DNA of 44,144 nt from Caldilineae bacterium (GTDB lineage: Bacteria > Chloroflexota > Anaerolineae > DTLA01), in contig JBBIHX010000009.1 in NCBI GenBank assembly GCA_037446815.1, positions 1 to 44,144 on the forward strand. The letters run 5' to 3'. This document shows positions 1 through 8,992 of this stretch, piece by piece. How positions within the stretch are numbered: the first letter of the stretch is position 1; each line of letters starts with the position of its first letter. The position numbers and the translations under genes are program-made. The notes under the pieces were generated by a model. The model did not search any database. It was not told the DNA's origin and worked only from the letters and a program-made list of their open reading frames with translations.

Positions 1-59
1 GGCTGGTGCGCATCTTCCAGCGCTTCCTGCCCATCGTGATGGAGAACATGGTGTACTGA
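1..59 (+). CDS. 3' end of an unidentified gene (…LVRIFQRFLPIVMENMVY*)
   Basis: Open frame with GC3-rich codons ending in TGA at 57-59; truncated by the window edge. Confidence 0.5.
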   Translation, partial: LVRIFQRFLPIVMENMVY

Positions 60-141
60 ACGCGCGCGGCGCGCCGCTGGGGTGCGTCGCACGCCAGCCG
101 GGCTGGGTGCCGTTGTGGCGCGCATCCGCACCAGGATAGTC

Positions 142-177
142 ACATGCGACGCACCTCGTCGGAGGTGCGTCGCATGT
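142..177. repeat. Perfect 15-bp inverted repeat (REP-like hairpin or terminator)
   Basis: ACATGCGACGCACCT-cgtcgg-AGGTGCGTCGCATGT; a partial copy GGTGCGTCGCAC lies near 81-92. Confidence 0.7.
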
Positions 178-191
178 TGTCCCTCCTTCTT

Positions 192-372
192 CCATCGCGA
201 GCGAAGCAGAGCAATCCCCAGGCCCGTCATTGCGAGGGCACGCAGTGCCCGAAGCAATGACGGGCAGGGTTGTGTCCACGGATAGCACGGATTGCTCGGA
301 TTGGGGGGTGAGATTCTTCGGCGGTTCGCGTCTCACAATGAGGGCGGGCCAACCGCGAATGAACGCGAAACG
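192..372. repeat. Mosaic of REP-like palindrome fragments and CACGGAT/CGCGAAT-type short repeats
   Basis: GTCATTGCGAGGGCACGCAGTGCCCGAAGCAAT matches the MITE core; 268-355 is similar to 12099-12187. Confidence 0.65.
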
Positions 373-421
373 TTATTGCCCGACTATTCTTGCCCCAGAA
401 TTGAAACCGCTTCCCCAGCCC

Positions 422-596
422 GAGTCGGTTCCAAAGTCTGTTAGCATCTACCGTCATTCTGAGCGGCGAAGCCGCGAAGAATCTCGCCCCTCACCCCGGC
501 CCTCTCCCGAAGGGCGAGGGTGTATCGCCTTCGGCTCAGCATGACAGAGTGGGGAGGCAGCGCTCGGGACAGGCCAACACAGTTTGTCACCGAGTC
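422..596. mobile_element. MITE copy 1 (variant with type-B palindromic cargo)
   Basis: Ends GAGTCGGTTCCAAAGTCTGTTAG…CCAACACAGTTTGTCACCGAGTC; perfect 8-bp TSD CCCAGCCC at 414-421 and 597-604. Confidence 0.85.
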
Positions 597-612
597 CCCA
601 GCCCCGCGGGCT

Positions 613-641
613 TTGACCCCAACGGCCACGTGTGGTAAACT
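613..641 (+). promoter_or_regulatory. sigma70-type promoter of the MFS gene
   Basis: TTGACC-17 nt-TAAACT with TG extension. Confidence 0.55.
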
Positions 642-704
642 GCGTTGCTGCCGACACACGGGCATCCCGCGCATGTCGGAAGCCATCCACAAGGAGGTTT
701 CTTC

Positions 705-1961
705 ATGGGCAATATCGGCACTCACACGGACGCTACATTGCCCGCGGCAAAGACACGGGTGAGCCCCAACGTCATCTGGCTGGCGCTGGTCTCGTTCTTC
801 ACCGACATCTCCAGCGAGATGACGCTGACGACTCTCCCGCTGTTTCTCACCGACGTGCTGGGCGTCCGCACGGCCATCGTAGGATTGATAGAAGGATTGG
901 CCGAGACGACGGCTAGCATCATGAAGATTTTCTCCGGCTACATCTCGGACCGTATCGGCAAGCGGAAGTGGCTGACGTTCGCGGGCTACGGGCTTTCGGC
1001 GGTGTCCAAGCCGTTCCTGTATTTCGCGGCATCGTGGGAGGCAGTGCTGGGCATCCGCTTTGCCGACCGCCTGGGCAAGGGGATTCGCACCGCGCCGCGC
1101 GATGCGCTCATCGCCGATTCGGCCGGCGAGGCGAACCGCGGGGCAAGTTTCGGCCTGCATCGGGCGGGCGATACCGCGGGGGCGTTCGTGGGCCTGGCCC
1201 TGGCCGCGGGCATCATCTACGCGAGCCAGCGATTCGGCCTCGCCATGACGCGCCAGACATATCAGACCCTCGTGCTCATCGGCATCATCCCTGCGTTCAT
1301 CGCCCTGCTCATCCTGGGGCTGTTCGTCAGGGAAGTTGTCGCCGGGCCGCGGGAGGGTGAGCGCGTGCGCCTGACGCTGCGGGGCTTTTCGCCGCGGTTC
1401 AAGGCGTTTCTCGTCATCATCATCCTGTTCACGCTGGGGAACTCCAGCGACGCGTTCCTGCTCTTGCGGGCGCGGAATGTGGGGCTGTCGGTGTTCCAGA
1501 TTTCGCTGATGCTGGTGGCGTTCAACCTCATCTATGCGCTGATCTCCGCGCCGGCGGGGGCGCTCTCGGATCGCGTGGGGCGGCGACGGCTGATTGTGGC
1601 CGGTTGGTTGGTGTACGGCCTCATCTACTTGGGGTTCGGGCTGGCGCGCGCGGGTTGGCACGTCTGGGCGCTGTACGCCGCGTATGGCATCTATTACGGC
1701 GCGGTGGAGGGGACGGCCAAGGCGCTGGTCGCCGACATCGTGCCGGCGGACAAGCGCGGCACCGCCTACGGGGTGTACAACGCTGCCGTGGGGCTTTCGG
1801 CGTTCCCCGCCAGTTTCATCGCCGGCGTCCTGTGGCAGGGCGTGGGCGGGTGGCAGGGATTCGGACCGTCGGCGCCGTTCTATTTCGGGGCGGCGCTGGC
1901 CCTGCTGGCGGTGGTGCTGCTGGTGCTCTGGATGCCGCGAACCCGCGCAACGGAGGCGTAA
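705..1961 (+). CDS. MFS transporter
   Basis: About 12 hydrophobic segments; MFS motif A twice (GYISDRIGKRK, GALSDRVGRRR); RBS AAGGAGG at 691-697. Confidence 0.92.
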   Translation: MGNIGTHTDATLPAAKTRVSPNVIWLALVSFFTDISSEMTLTTLPLFLTDVLGVRTAIVGLIEGLAETTASIMKIFSGYISDRIGKRKWLTFAGYGLSAVSKPFLYFAASWEAVLGIRFADRLGKGIRTAPRDALIADSAGEANRGASFGLHRAGDTAGAFVGLALAAGIIYASQRFGLAMTRQTYQTLVLIGIIPAFIALLILGLFVREVVAGPREGERVRLTLRGFSPRFKAFLVIIILFTLGNSSDAFLLLRARNVGLSVFQISLMLVAFNLIYALISAPAGALSDRVGRRRLIVAGWLVYGLIYLGFGLARAGWHVWALYAAYGIYYGAVEGTAKALVADIVPADKRGTAYGVYNAAVGLSAFPASFIAGVLWQGVGGWQGFGPSAPFYFGAALALLAVVLLVLWMPRTRATEA

Positions 1962-1984
1962 ATCAACGATTGAGGTAGGTATAC

Positions 1985-3640
1985 ATGGGTAAGCAACAGT
2001 TGCGGGTAGTTCCGCTCGGAGGACTCGGCGAGATCGGCAAGAACATGCTTGCCGTTGAGTACGGGCCGGATATCCTCATCATAGACGCCGGGGTGATGTT
2101 CCCCGAAAACGATATGTGGGGCGTGGACCTGGTCATCCCCGACTTTGGCTACCTGCTGGACAAGAAAGAGCGGGTGCGGGGCATTATGCTGACCCACGGG
2201 CATGAAGATCACATCGGGGCGCTGCCCTACGTCCTGCGCCAGATTCCGGCGCCGGTGTACGGCACGCGGCTCACCATCGGCCTGGCGAAGGTCAAGTTGC
2301 GCGAGGAAGGGATGGCCGACGTGGTGCCCCTACACGAGGTCGGGCTGCGCCAGCCGTTCCGTATAGGCGTGTTTGAATTAGAGTGCTTTCGCATGAATCA
2401 CAGCATCCCCGATGGCGTTGGCCTCGCCATCCGCACGCCGCTGGGGCTGCTGGTGCATTCGGGCGACTTCAAGTTTGACCACACGCCCATTGAAGGCAAG
2501 GGCGCCGATTTGGCCCGCCTGGCGCAATTGGGGGGCGAGGGCGTGCTCCTCCTGATGGCCGACAGCACCAACGCCGAGCGTCCTGGGTTCACGCCGTCCG
2601 AGCGGACGGTAGAGCAGGCATTTGACCAGGCCTTCTCTCGCGCCAAAGGGCGCATCATTGTGGCCACGTTCGCGTCGCTGATTCCGCGCGTGCAGCAGGT
2701 GGTGAACTGCGCGCAGCGGTATGGCCGGCGGGTAACCTTCGCGGGGCGCAGCATGGTGGATAACGCGCGCATCGCCCAGGAGTTGGGCTATCTGTCTATC
2801 CCCGACGGGCTTGTGGTGGACTTGGGGGCCATCAAGCACATGAAGCCGGACCAGGTGGTGATCGTCGCGACGGGGAGCCAGGGCGAGCCGACCTCAGCCC
2901 TGGCCCGCATGGCGGCGGGGACGCACAAGCAGGTGCAGATTGTGCCGGGCGACACGGTCATCCTGTCGTCGCACGTCATTCCGGGCAACGAGGAGATGGT
3001 AGGCCGCACCATCAACCGGCTGTTCCAGCGCGGGGCCGAGGTGGTGTATGAGGCGGTGGCGCAGGTGCATGTGTCCGGCCACGCAAGCCAGGAGGAGCAG
3101 AAACTGCTCCTCAGCCTGACGAAGCCGAAGTACTTCTTGCCGGTTCACGGCGAACTGCGGCACCTGCACCATCACGCGCGCATCGCCATTGAGTTGGGGA
3201 TGCCGCCGGAGAATGTATTCGTCGTGGAGAACGGGTACGTCATAGAGATAGACGAGAAGGGCGCGCGGGTCGGTGAGCGCGTGCCGGGCGGCTGGGTCTT
3301 CGTGGACGGTGCGGGCGTGGGCGACATCGGGCCGGCGGTGCTCCGAGACCGCGAGGCGTTGAGCCGCGACGGGTTTGTCGTAGCGGCGGCCGTGGTCAGG
3401 CGCGACGGTTGGACGCTTCAGCGCCCGGTGGAAGTGGTTACGCGGGGCGTGGTGTTCCTGCCCGATGCGCAGGAGTTGCTGCAACGGGCCGCCGCCGCCG
3501 CCAGCGATGCTGTGAGCGCGGGAAGCCCGCCCAAGGATGAGGTGGATGTCCGGGAGCGGATACGCCGCGCCCTGTCGCGCTTCTTCCACGATGAGGTGGG
3601 GCGCAATCCCATGATTGAGGTCATTGTACTCGCTTTATGA
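1985..3640 (+). CDS. rnj: Ribonuclease J
   Basis: PLGGLGEIGKN, THGHEDHIG, HSIPD, GSQGEP and HVSGHAS motifs. Confidence 0.96.
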   Translation: MGKQQLRVVPLGGLGEIGKNMLAVEYGPDILIIDAGVMFPENDMWGVDLVIPDFGYLLDKKERVRGIMLTHGHEDHIGALPYVLRQIPAPVYGTRLTIGLAKVKLREEGMADVVPLHEVGLRQPFRIGVFELECFRMNHSIPDGVGLAIRTPLGLLVHSGDFKFDHTPIEGKGADLARLAQLGGEGVLLLMADSTNAERPGFTPSERTVEQAFDQAFSRAKGRIIVATFASLIPRVQQVVNCAQRYGRRVTFAGRSMVDNARIAQELGYLSIPDGLVVDLGAIKHMKPDQVVIVATGSQGEPTSALARMAAGTHKQVQIVPGDTVILSSHVIPGNEEMVGRTINRLFQRGAEVVYEAVAQVHVSGHASQEEQKLLLSLTKPKYFLPVHGELRHLHHHARIAIELGMPPENVFVVENGYVIEIDEKGARVGERVPGGWVFVDGAGVGDIGPAVLRDREALSRDGFVVAAAVVRRDGWTLQRPVEVVTRGVVFLPDAQELLQRAAAAASDAVSAGSPPKDEVDVRERIRRALSRFFHDEVGRNPMIEVIVLAL

Positions 3641-3790
3641 GAGTCGGCTTGATCTTGTGTTGGTGAGCCGCAGGCGCACTCCCCTCGTGTGTCATTGCGA
3701 GCGAAGCGAAGCAATCCCACGCCCGGGAGATTGCTTCGGGCACTGCGTGCCCTCGCAATGACGGCTACCAACAGTCTTTAGAACCGAATC
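3641..3790. mobile_element. MITE copy 2 (150 bp)
   Basis: Same TIRs with GTCATTGCGAG…CTCGCAATGAC core; flanks CTTTATGA/CCTTATGA (7/8 TSD that includes the rnj stop). Confidence 0.85.
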
Positions 3791-3831
3791 CCTTATGAGC
3801 ACCGCTTGTTGCACAATCGCGGAGGAGCAAC

Positions 3832-5301
3832 ATGAGGCGCAACCTGGAGTTGCTGGACGCGGCGACCGTGGACCGAGTTCTGGACGAGGCGCTCGCGCTG
3901 ATTTGGGAGACGGGGGTTCGCGTGCAGTCGCGCGAGGCGCTGGACCTGCTCGCCGGCGCGGGCGCTCGCGTGGACGGGGATGTGGCGCGGATTCCGGAGG
4001 CCCTCGCGCGGCAGGCGCTGGCGTCCGCGCCCAGGGCGTTCTTCCTCTACGACCGCACGGGCCGCGAAGCCGTCCGCTGCGCCGGCGACGCCGTCCACTT
4101 TGACCCCGGGTCTTGCGGCGTTCACGTGCTGGATGCTGAGACGCGGGAACACCGCCCTTCGGTTTCCGACGACCTCGTGCGCATCGTCCAGGTGGCCGAG
4201 ATGTTGCCCCAGTTCGCGGCGCAGTCCACGGCGGTCGTCTGCGGGGATGTGCCAAAGGAGATGGGCGATCTCTATCGCCTGTTCCTCGTGCTGCTGTACT
4301 CGGACAAGCCGATTGTAACGGGCGCGTTTTCCGCCCAGGGCACGCGCACGATGATCGCGCTGCTGGCTGCCGACAGCGGCGGCGCCGAGTCGCTGCGCGC
4401 CAGGCCCCGCGCGGTGTTTGACGTGTGCCCTTCGCCGCCCCTGTGCTGGACCGAGTTCGCGGCGCAGAATCTCATAGACCTGGCGCGGGCTTGGGTTCCG
4501 GCGCAGTTGATCTCCATGCCCCTGGCGGGCGCGACGGCTCCCGTTACGCTGCTCGGCTCCATCGTCCAGCACGCCGCGGAGACCATCAGCGGCATCGTGA
4601 TTCACCAACTGGCGCAGCCGGGCGCGCCTGTCGTCTGGGGCGGCGCGCCGGCCATCTTTGACATGCGAACCGGCACCACGCCGATGGGCGCCGTGGAGAC
4701 GGCCATGTTGGACATCGGCTACGCGCAGGTGGGCAAGCGCCTGGGGCTCCCGACGCACACCTATCTGGGGGCCAGCGACGCCAAGACCGTGGACGCGCAG
4801 GCGGGCCTGGAGTCGGGCGTTACGGCCATGCTGGGGGCGCTAGCCGGCATCAACATGATCAGCGGCGCGGGCATGTTGGACTTCCTGGCGTGCTTTAGCG
4901 CGGAGAAACTCGTGGTGGATGCCGAGGCCATCGCCATGGCGCAGCGCCTGCTGGAGGGCATCCAAGCGCGAACAGAACCGCTGGCGACCGACGCCTTCGC
5001 CCGCCTGGGGCTGAAGGGCGATTTCCTGAAACTGCCGGAGACGCGCCGCCTGTTCCGCCTGGAGCAGATGCTGCCGTCGCCGGTGATAGACCGAGGTTCG
5101 CTGCGTGCATGGCAGGAGGCAGGTTCGCCCGACACGTTCGCCCGCGCACGTGAGCGGGTTCGGGGGCTTCTGGCAGGGTACACGCGGCCCCATCTCGCCC
5201 CCGACGTGGAGCGCGAACTGTTCGCCATCGTGCGGTCGGAAGCGCGGCGGCTCGGGTTGGAGCGTCTGCCCGGGGCTGAGGGCCTCGTCCCGGGCGAATA
5301 A
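3832..5301 (+). CDS. Trimethylamine methyltransferase (MttB superfamily), non-pyrrolysine
   Basis: SPPL, AGATAPVTLLG, FDMRTG, DAKTVDAQAGLES and GINMISGAGML motifs; no in-frame TAG. Confidence 0.9.
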   Translation: MRRNLELLDAATVDRVLDEALALIWETGVRVQSREALDLLAGAGARVDGDVARIPEALARQALASAPRAFFLYDRTGREAVRCAGDAVHFDPGSCGVHVLDAETREHRPSVSDDLVRIVQVAEMLPQFAAQSTAVVCGDVPKEMGDLYRLFLVLLYSDKPIVTGAFSAQGTRTMIALLAADSGGAESLRARPRAVFDVCPSPPLCWTEFAAQNLIDLARAWVPAQLISMPLAGATAPVTLLGSIVQHAAETISGIVIHQLAQPGAPVVWGGAPAIFDMRTGTTPMGAVETAMLDIGYAQVGKRLGLPTHTYLGASDAKTVDAQAGLESGVTAMLGALAGINMISGAGMLDFLACFSAEKLVVDAEAIAMAQRLLEGIQARTEPLATDAFARLGLKGDFLKLPETRRLFRLEQMLPSPVIDRGSLRAWQEAGSPDTFARARERVRGLLAGYTRPHLAPDVERELFAIVRSEARRLGLERLPGAEGLVPGE

Positions 5302-5329
5302 TCTTTGATTCTGGCTTGGAGCAGCGGCT

Positions 5330-6355
5330 ATGCGTGTCGCCATGTACTACAACAATCGGGATGTGCGCCTGGAGGAGATGCCCACCCCGCGCATCGGCCC
5401 GGGGGAACTCCTGGTGAAGGTCATCGCCAGCGGCATTTGCGGCAGCGATGTGATGGAGTGGTACCGCATCAAGAAGGCGCCGCGCGTGCTGGGACACGAG
5501 ATAACCGGCGTCATCGCCGAGGTTGGCGATGGCGTCTCGCGCTATAAGGTAGGCGATCGTGTCTTCGTCTCGCACCACGTGCCGTGCAATACGTGCCGCT
5601 ACTGTCTCAACGGCCAGCACACGGTGTGCGAGACGCTGCACACGACAAACTACGACCCGGGCGGGTTCGCCGAGTACCTGCGCGTGCCGGCCATCAACGT
5701 GGATCGGGGCGTGTGGGTTCTGCCCGACGACGTGACTTTTGAGGAGGGCGTCTTCATTGAGCCGCTGGGGTGCGTGGTGCGGGCGCAGCGGGCCGCCCGC
5801 GTCCAGCCCGGGCAGACGGTGCTGGTGCTCGGGAGCGGGATGTCGGGGCTGCTGCACATCGCGCTGGCGCGGGCGCTGGGCGCAGGGCGCATCGTTGCGA
5901 CGGATGTGGAGGAGTACCGCCTGCAGGCTGCCCGCCGTTTCGGGGCCGATGTGGTGCTGCACGCGGGCGAGAATGTCCACGCGCGACTGCGGGAGGTGAA
6001 CGATGGCAGGCTGGCAGACGTAGTGTTCGTGTGCGCCGGGGCCATGTCGGCGTTCAACCAGTCGTTGCAGTCGGTAGAGCGCGGTGGCACCATCCAGTTC
6101 TTCGCGCCGACGCCTCCGGGCGCGGAGTTGCCCATCCCGGTCAACGACTTCTGGCGCAACAGCATCACGGTGATGACGTCCTATGGGGCCGCGCCCTATG
6201 ACCTCACGGTGGCGCTGGACCTCATCCGCGCGCGCCGCGTTCCGGTGGCGGACATGATCACCCATCGGCTGGGGCTGGCGGAGACGGGACTGGGCTTTCG
6301 CTTGGTCGCCGAGGCGCGGGAATCCATCAAGGTCATCATTGAGCCGCAGCGGTAG
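5330..6355 (+). CDS. Zinc-dependent alcohol/polyol dehydrogenase (MDR family)
   Basis: GICGSD, GHE, CxxCxxC structural Zn motif, GSGMSG Rossmann motif. Confidence 0.9.
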   Translation: MRVAMYYNNRDVRLEEMPTPRIGPGELLVKVIASGICGSDVMEWYRIKKAPRVLGHEITGVIAEVGDGVSRYKVGDRVFVSHHVPCNTCRYCLNGQHTVCETLHTTNYDPGGFAEYLRVPAINVDRGVWVLPDDVTFEEGVFIEPLGCVVRAQRAARVQPGQTVLVLGSGMSGLLHIALARALGAGRIVATDVEEYRLQAARRFGADVVLHAGENVHARLREVNDGRLADVVFVCAGAMSAFNQSLQSVERGGTIQFFAPTPPGAELPIPVNDFWRNSITVMTSYGAAPYDLTVALDLIRARRVPVADMITHRLGLAETGLGFRLVAEARESIKVIIEPQR

Positions 6356-6519
6356 GGCAGGGCGGCATCCACGAATGACACGAATTCATATAAGTAGGGA
6401 AGGCAGAGGGCCTTCTCCTGCCGCCTTGCGGCGTGGGACAGCACTCACAGATGCAACAGACGGGCCAGATTCCTTCCGACAGGAAGGCTCTTTCCCAGCG
6501 CCCCCGCGGATGATGTGGG

Positions 6520-7290
6520 CTATCCCTGCCAGCCCATGCGCAGGGAGATGGCGCGGGTGGCGCTGATGAGGCCCCCCGCGATTTCCTGGACGTGCGCCGG
6601 CGTCATGCGGCTCGTGGGGCCGGGCATGCTGATGACGGCGATGACTCGCCCCTCGCGGCTGAAGATGGGCGCGGCGACAGCGCGAATGCCCAGTTCGTAC
6701 TCCTCGTCATCGTACCCATAGCCGCGCGCCCGGACTTCGGGCAACTGCGCCATCACCTCTGCCGCCGATGTGATGGTGCGCTCGGTGTAGCGGGTGAGTG
6801 GCTCTTTCAGGATGTTGCGCACCTCGGCCTCCGGAAGGTAGGCGAGGAACGTCTTGCCGCTGGCGGTGCAGTGGGCAGGGAGGCGCTGGCCTACCCGCGC
6901 CGCGATGGTGAGGACGTGTTTGCCCTGCAGGACCTCCACGTAGAAGACCTCGCCACGGTCAAACACGCTCAGGTCGCACGTCTCCTCAAACCGATCCACG
7001 AGCGCCTTCATGTGGGGGATGGCCTCGCGGCGGAAGTCCAGGCTGCGGATGGCGGCCATGCCCAGTTCGGCCAGGCGCAGCCCCAGTCGGTACCGCTCGC
7101 CGTCGGGCGCCTTCTCCAGAAAGCCCCCGTTCATGAGCGACACGATGATGCGGTGCGCGGTGGCCTTGTGCAGGCCCACGAGTTCGGCGACCTCGGACAC
7201 GCCGCGCTCGGGATGCTCATCGTCAAAGCAATCCAGCACGTGCATCGCTCGTTCCATGACGCGGACGCGGTAGATGTTGGGGTCCTTCAT
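6520..7290 (-). CDS. IclR-family transcriptional regulator
   Basis: N-terminal HTH (GLHKATAHRI), LPAHCTASGK, RARGYGYDDEEYELGIRAVAAPI. Confidence 0.95.
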   Translation of the reverse strand: MKDPNIYRVRVMERAMHVLDCFDDEHPERGVSEVAELVGLHKATAHRIIVSLMNGGFLEKAPDGERYRLGLRLAELGMAAIRSLDFRREAIPHMKALVDRFEETCDLSVFDRGEVFYVEVLQGKHVLTIAARVGQRLPAHCTASGKTFLAYLPEAEVRNILKEPLTRYTERTITSAAEVMAQLPEVRARGYGYDDEEYELGIRAVAAPIFSREGRVIAVISMPGPTSRMTPAHVQEIAGGLISATRAISLRMGWQG

Positions 7291-7334
7291 CCGTGCTCCT
7301 CGCGACTAGGGATTTGGTCTCGGTCAGCGAGACT

Positions 7335-7363
7335 ATTGTACCACACTTCGCCGCACACTTCAA
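7335..7363 (-). promoter_or_regulatory. Promoter of the IclR gene
   Basis: Minus strand TTGAAG-17 nt-TACAAT with TG extension. Confidence 0.55.
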
Positions 7364-7383
7364 ACTTTGCGCCTGAATGAATG

Positions 7384-7412
7384 TTGACGCTGGGCGTGGC
7401 AAGGTCTATAAT
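7384..7412 (+). promoter_or_regulatory. Promoter of the corrinoid protein gene (divergent from IclR)
   Basis: TTGACG-17 nt-TATAAT. Confidence 0.7.
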
Positions 7413-7459
7413 CCCGACCGTCGCGTGGCGACAGGATTTTCGCAGTCTCGGAGGGCCCG

Positions 7460-8110
7460 ATGTCGGAGACGTGGTACGTGACCCTGCGGCAAAGCGTTGT
7501 GGACGGCGATCCGGATGCCGTAGCCGAAGGAGTGCGCGCGGCGCTGGCCGACGGCTTGAACCCGCTGGATGTTATCCAGAGAGCGCTGGTCCCCGGTCTG
7601 GACTCCGTCGGCGAGCAGTATGCCCGCGGGGAGATGTTCCTGCCCGACCTGGTGCTGGCTGGCGAGGCGATGAAGGCGGCCATGGCCGTGCTGGAGCCGC
7701 TGCTGCGCAACCGCGGTCTGGAGCGTTCGGCGGTGGGCAAGGTGGTGCTGGGCACGGTGCACGGGGACATTCACGAGATCGGCAAGACGCTGGTGGGGAC
7801 GTTGCTGACGGCCAACGGGTTTGAGGTGTACGACTTGGGTGTGGACGTGCCGGCGGAGCGGTTTGCGGAGAAGGCGGCGGAGGTGGGCGCGGACATCGTG
7901 GGGGCGTCGGCGCTGCTGACAACGACGATGGCCGGGCAGCGGGATGTGATCCGCGCGGTGGAGAGCGCCGGGCTGCGGCCGAGGGTCAAGGTGATGGTGG
8001 GCGGCGCGCCGGTTACCCCGGAATGGGCCCGCGAGATCGGCGCCGATGGCTACGGAGCCGACGCGGTGGCGGCGGTGGCGCTAGCGCGGCGGCTGATGGG
8101 CATGGGATGA
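7460..8110 (+). CDS. Methyltransferase cognate corrinoid (B12-binding) protein
   Basis: B12 cap domain plus GDIHEIGK, SALLTTTM and VMVGGAP motifs. Confidence 0.95.
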   Translation: MSETWYVTLRQSVVDGDPDAVAEGVRAALADGLNPLDVIQRALVPGLDSVGEQYARGEMFLPDLVLAGEAMKAAMAVLEPLLRNRGLERSAVGKVVLGTVHGDIHEIGKTLVGTLLTANGFEVYDLGVDVPAERFAEKAAEVGADIVGASALLTTTMAGQRDVIRAVESAGLRPRVKVMVGGAPVTPEWAREIGADGYGADAVAAVALARRLMGMG

Positions 8111-8227
8111 TGGGGGACGGCCTTACATCCGCTGCGCTGCGTGGCCTAATAGCGGGTTATTTTCCTGCCGCTGGCACAGATGACGCTTGCGGTTCGCCGG
8201 GGCGAGAGGTTCGCCCCGGGCTTGCGT

Positions 8228-8992
8228 TCAGATGTACAGATGGTGCGGGTCTATCTCCTCGCGCAACAGGCGCAGTTCCTCGGCCGTCGGCGGGGGCGTC
8301 TCTTCAATGTGGTCGGCCAGCAGGAGTTCAAACCCCGTGTTCTGGATGACCTGCTCCACGGTAACGCCCGGGTGCACCGCCAGCAGTTTCATGCGCTTGG
8401 TGGCGTCGTCAAACCCCATGAGCGCCAGGCTGGACACGACGCGGTAGGGGCCGGTGTTGGGCGGCAGGCCGGCTGCCTCGCGCGCGCCCGGGCCGGTGAG
8501 GTAGCCCGGCGTTGTGATGAAGTCCACCTTGGGGACGAAGCGCCGCGCATCGTGCTGCATGATGGCGATGGTGCGCCAGCAGTGGGAACCGACGTCATTG
8601 GCGCCGCCGCTGCCCGGCAGGCGGGCCTTGGGCCGGGCGTGGTCGCCGATGACCGTGGAGTTCAGGTTGCCGTAGGGGTCAATCTGCGCGCCCCCCAGGA
8701 AGCCGTACTCAATGAAGCCGCGCTGGGCGGTCTCCATGGTGTCGCAGATGCCCGTGGCGGATAGGGCGCGGTGGAAGGTGCGCTCCTCGCCCACGGCAAG
8801 GGGGAGTTCTTCCAGAATGGCGCCGGTGCCGCCGAACTCAAAGACCGTTACCAGATTGGGCGCGTGGAGTTTTTGCGCCAGCGCCGCCGCCAGCATGGGG
8901 ATGCCCGTGCCAATGAACGCGGTGGTGCCGTCCTCCATTAGGCGCGCGGCTACGCAGATGAGGAGTTCGCGGGGGTTGTATGCGGCGTTCAT
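8228..8992 (-). CDS. Family I CoA-transferase beta subunit (glutaconate CoA-transferase B-like)
   Basis: FIGTGIP, FEFG, FLGGAQIDPYGNLNST, RLPGSGGAND; ATGA overlap with the alpha subunit stop. Confidence 0.88.
   Translation of the reverse strand: MNAAYNPRELLICVAARLMEDGTTAFIGTGIPMLAAALAQKLHAPNLVTVFEFGGTGAILEELPLAVGEERTFHRALSATGICDTMETAQRGFIEYGFLGGAQIDPYGNLNSTVIGDHARPKARLPGSGGANDVGSHCWRTIAIMQHDARRFVPKVDFITTPGYLTGPGAREAAGLPPNTGPYRVVSSLALMGFDDATKRMKLLAVHPGVTVEQVIQNTGFELLLADHIEETPPPTAEELRLLREEIDPHHLYI

Noticed and set aside
645..685. Hairpin in the MFS leader (CCGACA…TGTCGG) as a riboswitch
   Set aside because: A single stem with no recognisable aptamer, terminator or RBS sequestration.
3832..5301. 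Pyrrolysine readthrough in mttB
   Set aside because: The ORF is full length with no in-frame TAG.
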